This document shows, one piece after another, positions 25,140 to 38,926 of a stretch of 64,000 nt of DNA. Each line of letters opens with the position of its first letter. Within the stretch, counting starts at the first letter, position 1. The DNA is from Antechinus flavipes (Eukaryota), in contig NC_067400.1 of NCBI RefSeq assembly GCF_016432865.1, positions 352,346,001 through 352,410,000 on the forward strand, in the 5' to 3' direction. The notes under the pieces are model-generated. The model was not told where the DNA came from, ran no database searches, and was given only the letters and a program-made list of their open reading frames with translations. A program made the translations under genes and the position numbers.

Positions 25140-26687
25140 CTGTGGAAAAAGGAGAGAGAAAATTAAGCCATCTTCAACGTAGCACTGGGAGATACTTAAG
25201 CTAAAAGAGTTACTATAATAAACACAAACACTTTTTCAACAGCTTTTCATCAAATTACTATCAAACACTAAAATTTTAAATTTAACTACAAGAGTTAAAT
25301 AAAAATAAGGATAATGCCACTGAAGGGAACATTATTAACTACTATAGATCGTTAAATTATATCTGGCAAAACATTAACAATTTTTAAACTATGGTTCACA
25401 GTTTAGCCAAATGGACTAGACTCATTTGAGTTTTCTATTATTAAATACTATGATACCAAATAGTTTTAAAATTGTACAATGTACAATGATTCCTCTGAGC
25501 AATGAATCTGTAGCATCAAATATTATATATTTGAAGTAAAGCAAAGTGGTATACATTACATTTACATGATGTGCTGATGACATTTCCTGTTTCTAATCAC
25601 TATATTCAGATTTTTAAAGGACTATCCCACCCAATCTGTTCTGACAGTACTTGTTCCATTTCATCAATAAGGTGACAAAAATATGCATATAAAATTCATT
25701 ATACACAGAGATTTTTTTTTTTAAAATACATGGCTTTAGAACTGAATCTCTGGCTCAAATTTTAAAGCTTTTTTTAAAATCTAGTAGACATTAACAATAT
25801 TTACTGATTGATTAAAGTGACTATAAAAAGACAAAATACATAATCATAGTAACATTTCTTAAGTCTGGAAAAGATAATCTGCAACACTAAGTAGACAATG
25901 ACACAGAAAACATTACAAATGAGCAGACAAACCAAACACAAGGCAATTTGATGCAGAGAAAAGAGCATTAAATCTGGAATGAGAAACCTAGCTGTGCTGC
26001 TGCCTAGCCCAGTGAACTTTTAGGCAAGTCCCTCTCTGTGTTAGCTTCCTTAGCTATAAAGTGAGCATAAATGATACAATTCTTTTCCTCAGAAGACCAT
26101 TGTGAAGAAAGTCTTTTAAGCTTTTAAGTGCCATTGCACTTAAAAATGGAAAATATCACTTGAGACCTGGAACTTACTTGCCCTAATCTCAATACAAAAC
26201 ATTGTCAAACATCAACAGTATGTATCAAATGGTAGCAAATTTATCACATTTCTGAAGGAAAACACCCTAATAGATTTAAATTTTTCAGCAAGTTCTTAGT
26301 TTTCATGTACGAAATTCAAGTGGTAACAGATAAGCAGTTTCAATTTACTGATCTTCCCCAAAAGGGTCATTATTATATATTTCCTTTCTAGTAATAAAGA
26401 CACAACTGTCGGTAAAGAAACATGGTTACAATTTCAATACAACTCATGGTTTGTCATTAAAAGACTGCACCAAAGTCTAAAAGCGAGAAGTTTAAAAGCT
26501 CCCATCTTACCTACTTAGATATGTTTCACAGGTAATGCATCTGATCTTAAAGGGTGAAAAAAATGGATCCATTAATAACTAAAATCACCTGCTAGCTGAC
26601 CAGTGAAGCAGCATTTGGAAACAAGATGGTGTGACTACCGTCCCATCTGGAGATAAGATGTTGCAGCAATGTAAGGTTTGGGAGTTG

Positions 26688-26726
<39 letters not shown>

Positions 26727-28339
26727 CACAGAGAAGCAATAGCTGCTACTTGACCTAGGTGTCTACGGAGAACATAAAAGATACACATCTAAGCTTCATA
26801 CCAGTGGGAGAATTTCAACACCTGTTGGCAAATTTTAAAGTTAAAGATTATGTTATTAAAAGTAAATTTAAACTCCTTAGAGACTATTTCAGAAACCCTA
26901 TATAATAAATCTGACAACAAAACATGGATTGAACCATTCTAAGTAATTCAACTGCAACTGATAGGACACATTGACTATTCTTCTCTCAGGAATTTATGAA
27001 ATAAACTATTTTGCCTGTCTTCTTTTTGGTTTCTTCTTGTTCCTGAGTGAAATTGACTAAGATCAGGCATTCCAAGTCAATTTTCCTCAGCAGCTGATGC
27101 CATAGGTAAAGAATTATTGCATGGAGAGTCCTGACATGTCTGTTGCAAAGGTACAAATAAGTAAAAATGACTATATTTTTATGCACGTGGTGCAAGACTC
27201 CCAAGTGAGAGACAACTGAGAAAGAAGAAAAACACAAAAAAGGAATTTAGACTGCCACTCTGCCAACCTTGGGATTTGCCAATAAAAATCAAATCCATTG
27301 AGTATGCAAGACTCTCAGTTGTTCACTGAGAGAAGAAGAATTCTAGGAAACTTGTCACTTCTCATTACATGTCTTCTTTCTTTTAAATAAAGGTATGGCA
27401 GAGTTAGATAGCAGATATTTACAAAACTGTGAGCTGCCACTATTAAATAGTTTGAGAGCTCAGTAAGAATATACTTCCCTTGCTCCCATGCTATTTTAAT
27501 TCCTATCTTAATAAGAACTATGTTTTGTTCATTACCATATAAAAATAAAATCAAACTAGTTGTTGTTCTAGCAAATATTTCTCCTATTTGGAAAATATTC
27601 TCACTCCATCTGTATGGGATTTGCCAGTATTATTTTGCCAATTTATTAAAATGAAAGTTTTAACATTATTAAACCTGCATTTCTCCATAACCATGTAACG
27701 GAATCATGAGAAGCTACAGTTCTTTATTGAGAGAAAATAGTTACTTCAAATACATTAATGTGTTCAAAATCAAGGTTGAAAAACCAAAGCAAATCATAGG
27801 GAAAAGGGCCTCATTGAAAAACCTTAGGACTAAAATGTTAGGAAACCTGACTTCAAACTACAACTGATTATACTGCCAAGAACAAATCATTTAGCCAATT
27901 TAAACCTCAGTTTTCTCAACTGTAGAATGGGAATAGTTTTTTCTATTATTTACCTCTCAAGATTCTCTTAAGAACTTAGTAAGCCTGAAAGTAATAAGTA
28001 AATATGAGGTGTCCTTGGGATAAAAAGACAGGAAATTCAACCTAGTAGGCACAGAAAAACAGGTGAGAGTGAGTTCTCTTTCAGTGGGGTAGGAAATTTG
28101 AAATATTGTAGCACCTGTGGCTGTTTCTCTTATAGCTGTATCACCCTCTGAAAACTTTCCTCACTATTGCCTAACAAAGAAGTCAAAGAATACGAACAGA
28201 GTTCTCCAAAAAAAAAAAGAGATAACCATATCATAAGAACATTTTATATAACTAAAAATAAGAAAAGCCAATCAAACTAAGCTTAAGGGGCTTCATCACA
28301 CATCCAGAAGACTAGCAAAAATGATAAAGAATGGAAATA

Positions 28340-29260
28340 ATCATTGTTGAAAGGGAAGGCCATTGTTGGTACAATCATTTTGCAAAGAAATTTAAAATTA
28401 GGCAAAAAACAGTGACTAATTCATACTCTCTGATTCATAGATTTTACTACTAAGCATATATTACCAGTCATTCATTGATAAGGAGAAAGCCCACATGTAC
28501 ACCAAATATTTCTAGCAGCACTTTAGAAGCATCTAGTAGTAACACAGTGGATAAAAACAATGATTCTGAAATACAGAGACCCAAGTTCAAATCCAACCTG
28601 ACACTTCTTAATTATGTTATCTTGGGCAAACCACTTAACCTCTGGCCAGTCAGAATTTCCTTAACAGAACCATCTCCCAGGGTTGTTGAGAGGGCTAAAT
28701 GAGATATCCGGGAAAGGCCAAGTACTGTGCTTGGTAAACTGAAGATGCTTAATAAATGTTTGTTTTCTTCTTTTTCCTTTCTTTTTTATTTTCCTTTATT
28801 TTTTCCTTTCCTTCCTTTCTCCAAAGAGGTACAAATAAAGTAGAAGTTCATTGATTAAGAAATGACTAAGTTAATTGTGATATATTAATGTAATACAATG
28901 CTGTACTGTAAGAAACATGCAATATGATGAATAAAGAAAAGCAAGGAAAGAATGACTTGAAAAGATGCAAAATAAAGTAAGCAGAGCCAAGAAAAATATT
29001 AATGGAAAGAATCATCACCAAGTAACCAAGTGAATTAAAATAACCCTGTGAATACTACAAAATTATAGAGAATAAATATGACCTTAAAGAGATGTGAAAA
29101 GACATCTATCTACCTCCATTCCTTTACAGAGATAAAAGTTCCATGGATATGGAACTCCATCTAGATTTTCAGACTTTTTGAATGTGTTGACCCAATGTGC
29201 TGATTTTTTCCCCTCTTTTTTCTTTGTTTTTTCCCACTTTTAAAAATCAAAGATGTCAAT
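28340..29260 (+). mobile_element. old L1 3' fragment interrupted by a MIR-type SINE (~28535-28760)
   Basis: L1 ORF2-end-like sequence on both sides (ccaaatatttctagcagcacttt ... gttcattgattaagaaatgactaag); CORE-SINE in between. Confidence 0.55.
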
Positions 29261-32200
29261 AAAAATTTATTTTTGAAAAGATTTTCTTCATCATTCTGTT
29301 TTCCATATCTTTTCTTCCACTACCGTCTTCAATAATGATTTTCAGCAAATGAGTCAATTTAATTCAACAAACCTTCATTAAACACTTACCATGTGCATAT
29401 TATACTAGAACTTAGGGTTCAAAGACCAGAGGAAACAGTTTATACTCAAGTAGATTATGTTCCATTGAAAGAAATCATACACATATAGAGAAAGAAAATG
29501 TCAAGAACTTGGGAAAAGAGGGCAGGTATTATAAAGAATATGGCACCAAATTAAGCCTTTATAAGACAAAAATAAGGAACACATTCTGGGTATGTAACTT
29601 TTGGAAATGTTGGTGATGTCACATCAAGTTTAGGAAACTATCCATAGCCAGTCTGGATAGAATGTACTGTCAGTAAAGAAGTACAAGTCTAATTATGTCC
29701 CTATTTAACTCAAAAGCTTCCAGGAACTCCCTACTAACAATTCTAGGTCTAAATCTCATTTTTTCTATAATTTCCAGTTTTTATGTAATAGAGTAGTACA
29801 TTCATATAACTTATAAGTAAAAATAGATATTCATGAGAGGGGTGCTCAAATGTTTTACTGCTAAGAGTGTATAATCAAAGATATTTAGAAACCCCTATTC
29901 ATTACAATGGGGAGTCCATAAGGTTTTTAAACAGGGTTGGTTCATGGTCAGATCAGCTAGAAAATAAAGACTCCCCTGATCTATGCTTTTCTTCCTGAGA
30001 CCTTCGGCCACGAAAACTGACCAATTTGGAATGACTGGCATTAAAAAACAGAAAAAAGGGAGAAAGGAAGGGAAAAGTTATGGTAAACAAACGTATTGTT
30101 AGAAATTATAAAGGTTTCAGAGAAATTCAGAAAGTCTTGTATGAATTGATGCAGAGTAAACAGACCTAGAACAACTAATTCAATGACAACACCATTGTAA
30201 AGATAATCAATTCTGAAAGACTAGGATTTTTGATCAGTGTTACGACATACCATGAATCCAAAGGACTAAATATATGCAACTCTACTCTATCTCCTCAGAG
30301 TGGTAAAGAACTCGGAATACAGAATGAGACCTTTTTTGGACACTGCCAATACAAAAATGTTTTCTGCTTAACTATTTGTGTTTATAATAGGAGCTGTTTT
30401 TCTTTTGTTCTCAATGGAGTGGCGAAGACAGGAAAGAAGGCAGACAATTAGTGATTAGAAGAAAATACAGATATCTGTTTCTTCAAAATAATTGTGTGTG
30501 TGTGTGCACATATATACTTTTTTTAAAGAAGTTAATTGAAATGTACATTTTCTAACTCTATTCCCTCTTTGTTCCAGATGCTTCCTGGAATTGCAGTACT
30601 TTCCCCAGTGTGAAGTTGTCACAGGACACGTATATCAAGTGGTTTGTAAAAAGGGAGACCAACGGGGGAGAGAGAAGGGAGAAAGAAGGATTGCAAAATA
30701 ATTAAAGGCAATGTTCACACTTTAGGTTTTATTTTCAGAATGTACATGAATGGATATAGAGTAAAGTAATAGCTAATACTGATATCAGCTAACATTTAAG
30801 TAGCATTTTAAGGTTGCAAAGTTCTTTACATATATTAACTCATTTGACTATCACAACAAACCTGTGATGGAGAAGCTTTTATATTTTTAATTTTATACAA
30901 TGGGAAACTGAAGCTTAGAAAGGTTAAGAGACCTGCTAAAGGTCACACAGCTTGTGTCATAAACAATGCTTCCTAACTCCGAATCTAGTACACTTGCTAC
31001 TATGCCACAATACTACTTTAATAAGCAGAACCTAGGAAAAATTGTATACAATGATAATAATAATGTAAATTGAAGGAACTTTAAAAATTGCTGAATGTTG
31101 TGTAATTAAAATGATCAAATTTATCTCCAGAGAAAACTTGAAAAAAATACTGTTTTCCTTTTTTTTTTTTTTTTTTTTTTTTTTACTCTCTATGACAAGG
31201 AATTAGATATGTCCCTCTTATATAAGAAGAGAGAAGAAAGTCAGAGTTGGAAATAAGTGATTATAAAAAAAGATTAATTTTGTAATATTTTAGGTTTAAG
31301 ACAAGTACCTTTGCTACAGGGGGAAAAGGACCAAAGAACCAATGCTATCTCAGGTCATTCCAACATTTCAGTGGAAACTGAATGTTGCATATCTTATCAG
31401 ACATGATTGATAAGTCAGTTTCTTTGCCTTAGCTGTTTATCTTTGTAAGAAAGGAAGATTCCCTACAGAGATGGGAGGTGGTATTAAGGAATGACAGATG
31501 TAAATAAGAAAAAAAAAATTAGCACCAATAATTTTTTTTTTTAAAGTTACACTGGACAAATGTTTCTCTTCCTAGCTTAGAGGCATTGACTGCAATTCAC
31601 CACTAGTCAAGCTAGGCCCCAGATCTGTATAGAACAGCAGTGAATATTTATTCACTGTTCCCCTTCCAAATCACAGGCAGAAGCAAGCAACTGGCTATTC
31701 CTTTAATTTAAACCTTGATCTATCCTGGAAAGAACAAAGCAGCCATGGCTTCCAGTAAACGCTTCTCTGGGCCTTTGTTCTTTCTAGTCACTACTAGAAA
31801 ACAAAGTAGGTTAGCATTCATTCTGTTCCCTTGGTGAATTAGGGTCAAAAATTTAAAACTCTACGTTGAAGAAACATCTAAATATGAATCAAACACATGG
31901 AGATATAAGCAGGCGCTACAAAGACAGTATCACAGTATATCTGTTTATTAGCTACTGAGCCTAAAGGGGGGTGGGGGTGGGGGTAAGATTAGGCAACTGA
32001 GATAATGTAGGCTTGTAAATACAAGAGACTTACTGTAACATTGCCTTGGTTCTTCAACAATTATATCCTTTGGAACAGCATTCAAGAGAACTTCAGTTTA
32101 GAATAAATTTTGTAACATATCAGAATCTTGCCAGACATTGTTTCTGGAATCTATGCAACAAGTCTGTGACATAATTGATCCCATTTAATAAGAACATATT

Positions 32201-32958
32201 TCTGATACTTTTAATAATTGGGTTCCCTTGAATGAAATACAAACCTCCATACTGTACTAGAAGATATAATTTTATTTTACATATATGAGAAGAATTTAAA
32301 AAGACATTTAAATAGTCTTTATAATCTTTTACTACATTTACAGAGGGGTATGATTCAGTAAGAATATTCAATAATTCAAAAAGATTAAATTAAAAATCTA
32401 AAACCTATTCTTAATAAAAACTCAACACCAAACAAGCTGATGTTAAAGAAGCCAGTTAGTAAAGATAGTCATTTAATTTAAAAAAAAAAAAAAAGAATTT
32501 ACTTTCCTTACTCATTCATTTATTTATTTATTATTTTTATTTATTTTTACCCTAATTCCAACATTATTAGAAACATTATGCCTGATAGACCTGAGAAGGA
32601 AAAAAAAAAAACTTGCACACAAATTTCAAATATAATTATGTTTCAAATTTGAATAAAACTTTTCAATTTATTTTTAAAATCTCAATTCTTTGCTTTACTT
32701 CAAAAGCAATAGCAAGACCAGATTAGCATATATACAAAGCCAATCAAAAAATTACTTGACATGCATCTTCAAAATAAACTTAACACTCATGAACTAGATG
32801 TCACAACATCCATTTTAAAGGAAAAGTGAAACTGAAATTACTCAGGACACAAGGAGAACTGAAAGCAAATCTAGATTGAAAGGGAAATTATTTGTTCAAA
32901 GCACATTAATTTTCATTTAATTCCATGATAACGATTACAGATAACTCCTATAACCTAC

Positions 32959-33202
32959 CTGAAGCTGTGCCACAGCATGGTGGTACCCACCATGCTGAAG
33001 AGAAGATGCTTGCAATCACATCAGGTGGAAAAAGTGTGACATTTCTCTGAATCTGAAGCAGATTTAATACTAATGCAAGAAATACTCCAATCAAAAACAG
33101 AACTACTCCACGAATCATCAAGTTCATACTTCGACTAGTGACAGAAGAAATATACGGCCCACACTTTGGGGGCACAGATGATGCCGTCTCTCTCTCTGCC
33201 AT
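32959..33202 (-). CDS. INSIG2: INSIG2 coding exon 2, codons 1-81 plus 1 nt ([81 protein letters not shown])
   Basis: Translation closely matches the mammalian INSIG2 N-terminus as I recall it. ATG is in strong context (actATGg). Donor TCAG|gtaggt at 32958. 244 coding nt, ends in phase 1. Confidence 0.98.
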
Positions 33203-33297
33203 AGTTTCATAAGTTCAATAACTTCTAACAATTACAGTAGACAATAGACTTTTCAGAAGAACTTCATCTTGTCCCAAATTAGAATCTACCAAAAATC
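33203..33297 (-). other. INSIG2: INSIG2 exon 2 5'UTR portion (95 nt)
   Basis: Long T tract then ggcag|GATTTTTGGTAG acceptor at 33298; resembles the start of human exon 2 as recalled. Confidence 0.85.
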
Positions 33298-36200
33298 CTG
33301 CCAAAAAAAAAAAAAAAAAAGATAAAGGTGAAAAATTAGCATGGATAATTGTTCAACCTTTTACTTTATTCAAAATTATTTATTGAAGAGATTAAGTTAA
33401 AAATAACTGAATTCCAACTCACAAATTGTAATTATTTACTGAAGAAAGTTAATTTTAAAAGATGCAATGTAATGATAATTTTTCAGTTGTTTGAGGGGAA
33501 CCTGATTCTTCATGATGCCATTTGGGATTTTCTTGACAGAGATACTTTGGGCCAGAGTCTACCATTTCTAATTCTTTTGTTTCTCTTTAGTTATACAAAT
33601 ATTTAGTTATTAGACATTAGCACATAAGAATGAGATTGACAGTTCTTTTTTAATAATACAAACTGATCTGCTCAGATATAACAACCTGCTAAGGGGTAAA
33701 AAAAATTTCTATCAAAAGAAAAAGTCTATCTTCAAATTTGATTTTCTTTAGTAGCTAATGTGATATGAACATGAATTTTATAAAGTGCAGGCTTGACCTT
33801 AATTACTGACTATACAGGACTTCATGAGCATGGACTCTTAACAAATGAATAAGGTTCTAGGATGTTAGTTTCTCCATTTATAAAAGAATAAATCCTCAGA
33901 TTGTTTTGATTTCAATTTATTTTTCAAAATATAAATTCAAATGAAAACAAAAGTGTATGTCTAAATACCTAAACAAGGATGTCTAAATCAAATACAGTGT
34001 TTTCCCTAATTTTATTGAAGCCTTTATCAACCACTAGAGGTGATTTTTGTGGGGCAGTTGAAGCAGGTGTAACACATTTTAGAGCTGTCTCAATAAAACA
34101 AAATCAGCACATTATATAGTAAGCTATAATAAAGGCCTTTTCAACAGTATCAAGTGACACCAATTTTTTTTTTTCCACCAGTTATCTGGAAGGAACCTAA
34201 TGAACTAACTTTCCAATACAATCCAAAAAACTGTCTGAGAAGCTTCTGTAGTACTAATATCGCTTTTTCCTAAAAGAAAACAATGTAATTACCTTTTAAA
34301 GACCAATATCAACATAGCTACTTACAGCATTTTAAAGTTATAATACTGTCTTTCTTGCTTTTAGGAAAAAATACAACGCATGAAATTTACAAAGGCTTTA
34401 TTAGGCATGCATTGCAAGACAATATCCAGTCCCAAGTTCTGAACAGGAATATTATAAAAGTTTATTTTTAAGTCAGCAGTTTGGAAGTCTAATTGCATTT
34501 CCTTATAGAAATATATTTTATATATCACAAATATATATCATAATATCATGATTACAAATATACAAAAACAAGCATATGGTTTTATGTTTATACCACCTAG
34601 TTAATCCATATTGTTCTACAGTTCAAAGCAGATCCAAATCAGATCCTAACAAGTGGATTATTAGAGGGTAAAGAATGATGGACTTAGAGGCAGGAGAACT
34701 GGATTCTAATCCTGCTCTGAACAAACAAAGTGACCAGAGCAAGTCACTTCAATTTTTGGTCTCTCTCATTCATTCATAAAGTAGGAAATGAATATGTGGC
34801 ATAAAAAACATTAATGACCCTTACAGCACTAAATAAATGTTAAGATCATAATTTAGAAGACTGATTTCATGGGAAAATGTGCTTCCTTCTAACTGGGAAT
34901 GTCAGGAATGAATCCATAGCTGCCCCAGCATTGAAATGGGACAGGAGCAGAGCCACTCTCTAGAAGAAGATCCAAGGAAAGTTTCCAAAGATGGAACTGC
35001 AGGACTGACTGAACAAGTGATAAAATATGTGTTTATGACATGTAAAATATGCATTAAGGTATGGTTTCTATGGAGCAGAATTCAATAATTTTATCATGCT
35101 CCAAATGAATTAGTTACCAAAAGCCCCAGAATATAACAATTTTAACTATATATTCCCACTGTATGGACCCCAAAATGATATATTAATGTAAAAGTAATTG
35201 TACTGAATAAATACTATGCTCCTAAAATGAAATCTTTTGAAAAGGAAAAAAGACACTAAAAACAACATTAATTATACACTACATTCAAGTTTTATACTCT
35301 CCAGATTTAAGGAGGAAAAATACAACCTATGTTCAAACTAATATAGTTGATGGATATATATATGCATGTAGTTCTATATATGTGTATGTGTTCTACCTTT
35401 TAGAGTAAAGTGACATTCTAAAGCTTGAAAAAAAAAAAAAAAAACTGAAGACATACCTTATATTTGGACTTTGGTTGGTACCTTCTACCTTTCTGTGGCT
35501 AACAAAGTTTTTTGTTCTCTGATCTAAAGGGCTAAGAGAACTGAGAAACAAAGTGATCTAATATCTTATTGATTTTCTGTGTCCAGATTTCTAAAAATGA
35601 AAACAAATGTTTTAAGTTAAGCAGTTCTTAAGAAAACAGCATAAATGCCAAATTTTTAAGGTAATTTCAAGCATGATAGCAACAGAATACTGTAAAAAAG
35701 AGTGCTGGTCAGAGCGCAAGGGTCTAAATTACAAGCTTCATTACTATGACCTTGGGCAACTACTTAGCCTATCCAATCCTCAATTTCCTCATCTAAAACA
35801 AAGGAATTGGCCTAAACAAGGTTCAGTTCAGCTTCAAATCTATCATCCTGTAGTGACCAGTTAGGTGTTAACTTCTTTTTGTATCATGGAAGCCCTTGGG
35901 CAGAATGATGAAAACTACGTATCCCTACTCAGACTATTGTATTTAAATGCAAAAAGTAAACACCATATATTGGAATATAGTTATCACAAGTTTAAGAATC
36001 CCACATTAAGAATTCTTTTAGTCTTTTCATCTCTTATCAACTTCCTAAATTGTTTACTTACACTATTTTACTGCTGTTTACATAAATCTTACCTGCTGCA
36101 TTGATATAATTCTACTTTTTCCTATATAATCTTTATAACTGGCAGAATCCATTTGTTTCATGTAAAGATTTGAAAAAAGGTCGGAGAAACAACAGAAGAC

Positions 36201-38844
36201 CAGCTCTCTGAGTAGCAAAATAAAAGTTCCAAAAAATTAATTACGTCAAAATAAATTTTAAAATGTAAGGGAAATTTTAGGGATTTAATCCCAACCTTCT
36301 CATTTTAGAGATAAGGAAACTGAAGTCCACAGGCCAGTTTGTAGAAAATGGAAGAAATCTACTAGCTCGCCAAAAAATGTACCATAAAGTCAGGCCAGGA
36401 GTCTCAAAAACAAACTATGTGGTTCACGTGAGTAAAAAAGTTTAGGTAGATCAAATGCTAATCCATAAATAGTAGTTTTACTAATACAACAACAAAGAAT
36501 TCAAAGTATATGTGTAGTCCTTGATTGTGGATTAAGAGTATGATTTCACATATAAATATACAATATATTGAATAATAAAATATGGTTCATAGAATCACAG
36601 AAATTTTGGAGGGTCTTCAGTGACCAATTAGTCTTACCCCATGATTTTATATATGAGAAAACTAAGATTTGGAGGTTAAGGAATCTGCCAAATGTCACAC
36701 AGGTAGTTATTTCCAAAGTAGCCACATAAACAGTAATTACTTTTGGAATCCATTGTATTGTACATCTAGAATTTTCTTCCCATAAGTGAGAAAACTGAGG
36801 ACCAAGAAAATGAAATAACATCCCCAAGATTTTAAAAACAAAAGAATCACAGGCATAATTTGAATTCAGAATCTCTGGCTCCCGATTCAGTATTCTTTGC
36901 AAGGTGCCAGGCTGCTTCCCACAGGTCATTAGCAAATCACTTAAATAAGATTAAAAGTTAAGTCTTTTCCACTTTACAACAAACAGATAAGGCTTCTAAG
37001 GGCATAAAAAAAAAAATAGATATAGGATAGAATAGATTAATTGATAGGTAGATAGCTTCAAGATTAAGCTTTGCTATGAACCACCTTTCCTTTCAGAAAA
37101 ACTTTTCTTATATAGTTCACCAAGGTGGGGTGGGGGTGGGGAGGAACAAAACTGAACTAAAATCCAGGAGATGTAGGGTTCTATCATTATCTTAACTACA
37201 TTAGCTTGACCAACTTACAAGACCTAAACTTTTTGAATTGTAAAAATGAGGAGTCTAGATGATAACTAAAAGGTTTTTTTTTTTTTTCAGTAATGACTGT
37301 TTTGTAGTAAGTAACAACTCTATTAAGAGAACACTTGTATTATTGCTAAAAATGTCTTCAAGTAATCAACCATATAATTTAAGATGTAATCTACATCCTA
37401 TGAATAGGAAGTCTCTTAAGACTTTAGAAAAATTGGATACTGCCAAATGGCAACTTTTAAGATATATATTTTCAAAAATCAGATTCATCTTAACAATTGT
37501 AATACAGTTAATACAAATTCAATTCAAGGTTGAACTACAAATTCAAATCACAGTACTCTCCATTTCCAAACCATTACTGAAGAACCAATAAAATGTGTAT
37601 TTCCTAAAATAGCCTGTATTCAGGATTTTCTGATAGAGAAGCTATAGTAATAATGAAGTCAAATTACTACCTCGCTCCTCTTTCATATGATTAATCACTG
37701 CCATGCTTTCTTAATTAGGACTGTATTCCTAAAATAGTAGTAACATTATCATTAGACTAATTCAGCAAGTCTAGTAAACCAAGCAGGTTAACTCTTCCTA
37801 AATTAAAACAAATTCAATTCAGAAGGTAGCTAAACAGGGTTAAATATTTTAACCTAAACACACCAAGGAAAAAAGATATGCAACATAAAACTAGAACAAT
37901 AACATACTGTTGTCCACTTCACATTAAAACCCATTAACAGGCTCTCAGGTGCAAAAGTACATATTAGAATACAATTAAAATACTAGTAACTAAAAGACTT
38001 TCCCACTCCATTACTGTTTTTAAAGCCAAATGCCATTAACATTTGAATTTTTTTTTCAGATACCACTTAAGTATTTCTTTAAAAAAAAAAAAAACATTTT
38101 ACCCTTTTATGTTCAATGAAGACATCTATAAAAACTACAGCTATCATATTTTGGAAATCTTCCTCCTTCGAAATAGACATGAGTCATGATCCAGACACTT
38201 TACTCTAGAAGTGCTCTATAAACAACTTTGACAGAAAATGCAACTGAAAAAAATAAAATGTCCAAGCAAAGAAGAGGAGGAAATGAATTAATACCTGATT
38301 TTCTCCTTCTCTAACCCTTACCAGTCTCCTTTTCTCCACTCTTTTTTGCCCTGTGGTTTATTGGTCAAACTGAAAAGCCTAAAATAATCATCTAATTACT
38401 CCTTGACCTATTTCTCTCTTTCTCTCTCTCAAAAAAAAAAAAGTACATTGTCCTTTGCAATTCTGAATTCATCTTTTTCCTAAACCAATCTCAGTACTTC
38501 AGGAATCTACAGGAATCCCTATTCTACCCTTCCCTTTTTCAGCAATGTAGAAGAAAAACACCTTAGAAACAATTTTAAAAAGTAACTACCTTGACCATTT
38601 TAGGGCTTCTAAAGTTTCTTTGGAAAATGTACTGTTTCGCAGGACTAAGTTTCAACACTTCCTGGACAGTTACACCAATATAGTATCTACCAAAGCATGT
38701 CAATTCCCATGGATCATAAACCCCCTTCCTCTCAGTTATCAACATACAACTTAAAGGACCCAAGCGAGAGTTACCTCAGACTTAACCAGAGAGTTATCTC
38801 TGTGCACCCCAAGTTACTCACCCACATCCCATCGTATTCTGGTT

Positions 38845-38886
38845 TTACACATACACACACACACACACCACACACACACCACACAC

Positions 38887-38922
<36 letters not shown>
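38845..38922. repeat. interrupted (CA)n microsatellite in intron 1
   Basis: Directly visible. Confidence 0.95.
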
Positions 38923-38926
<4 letters not shown>

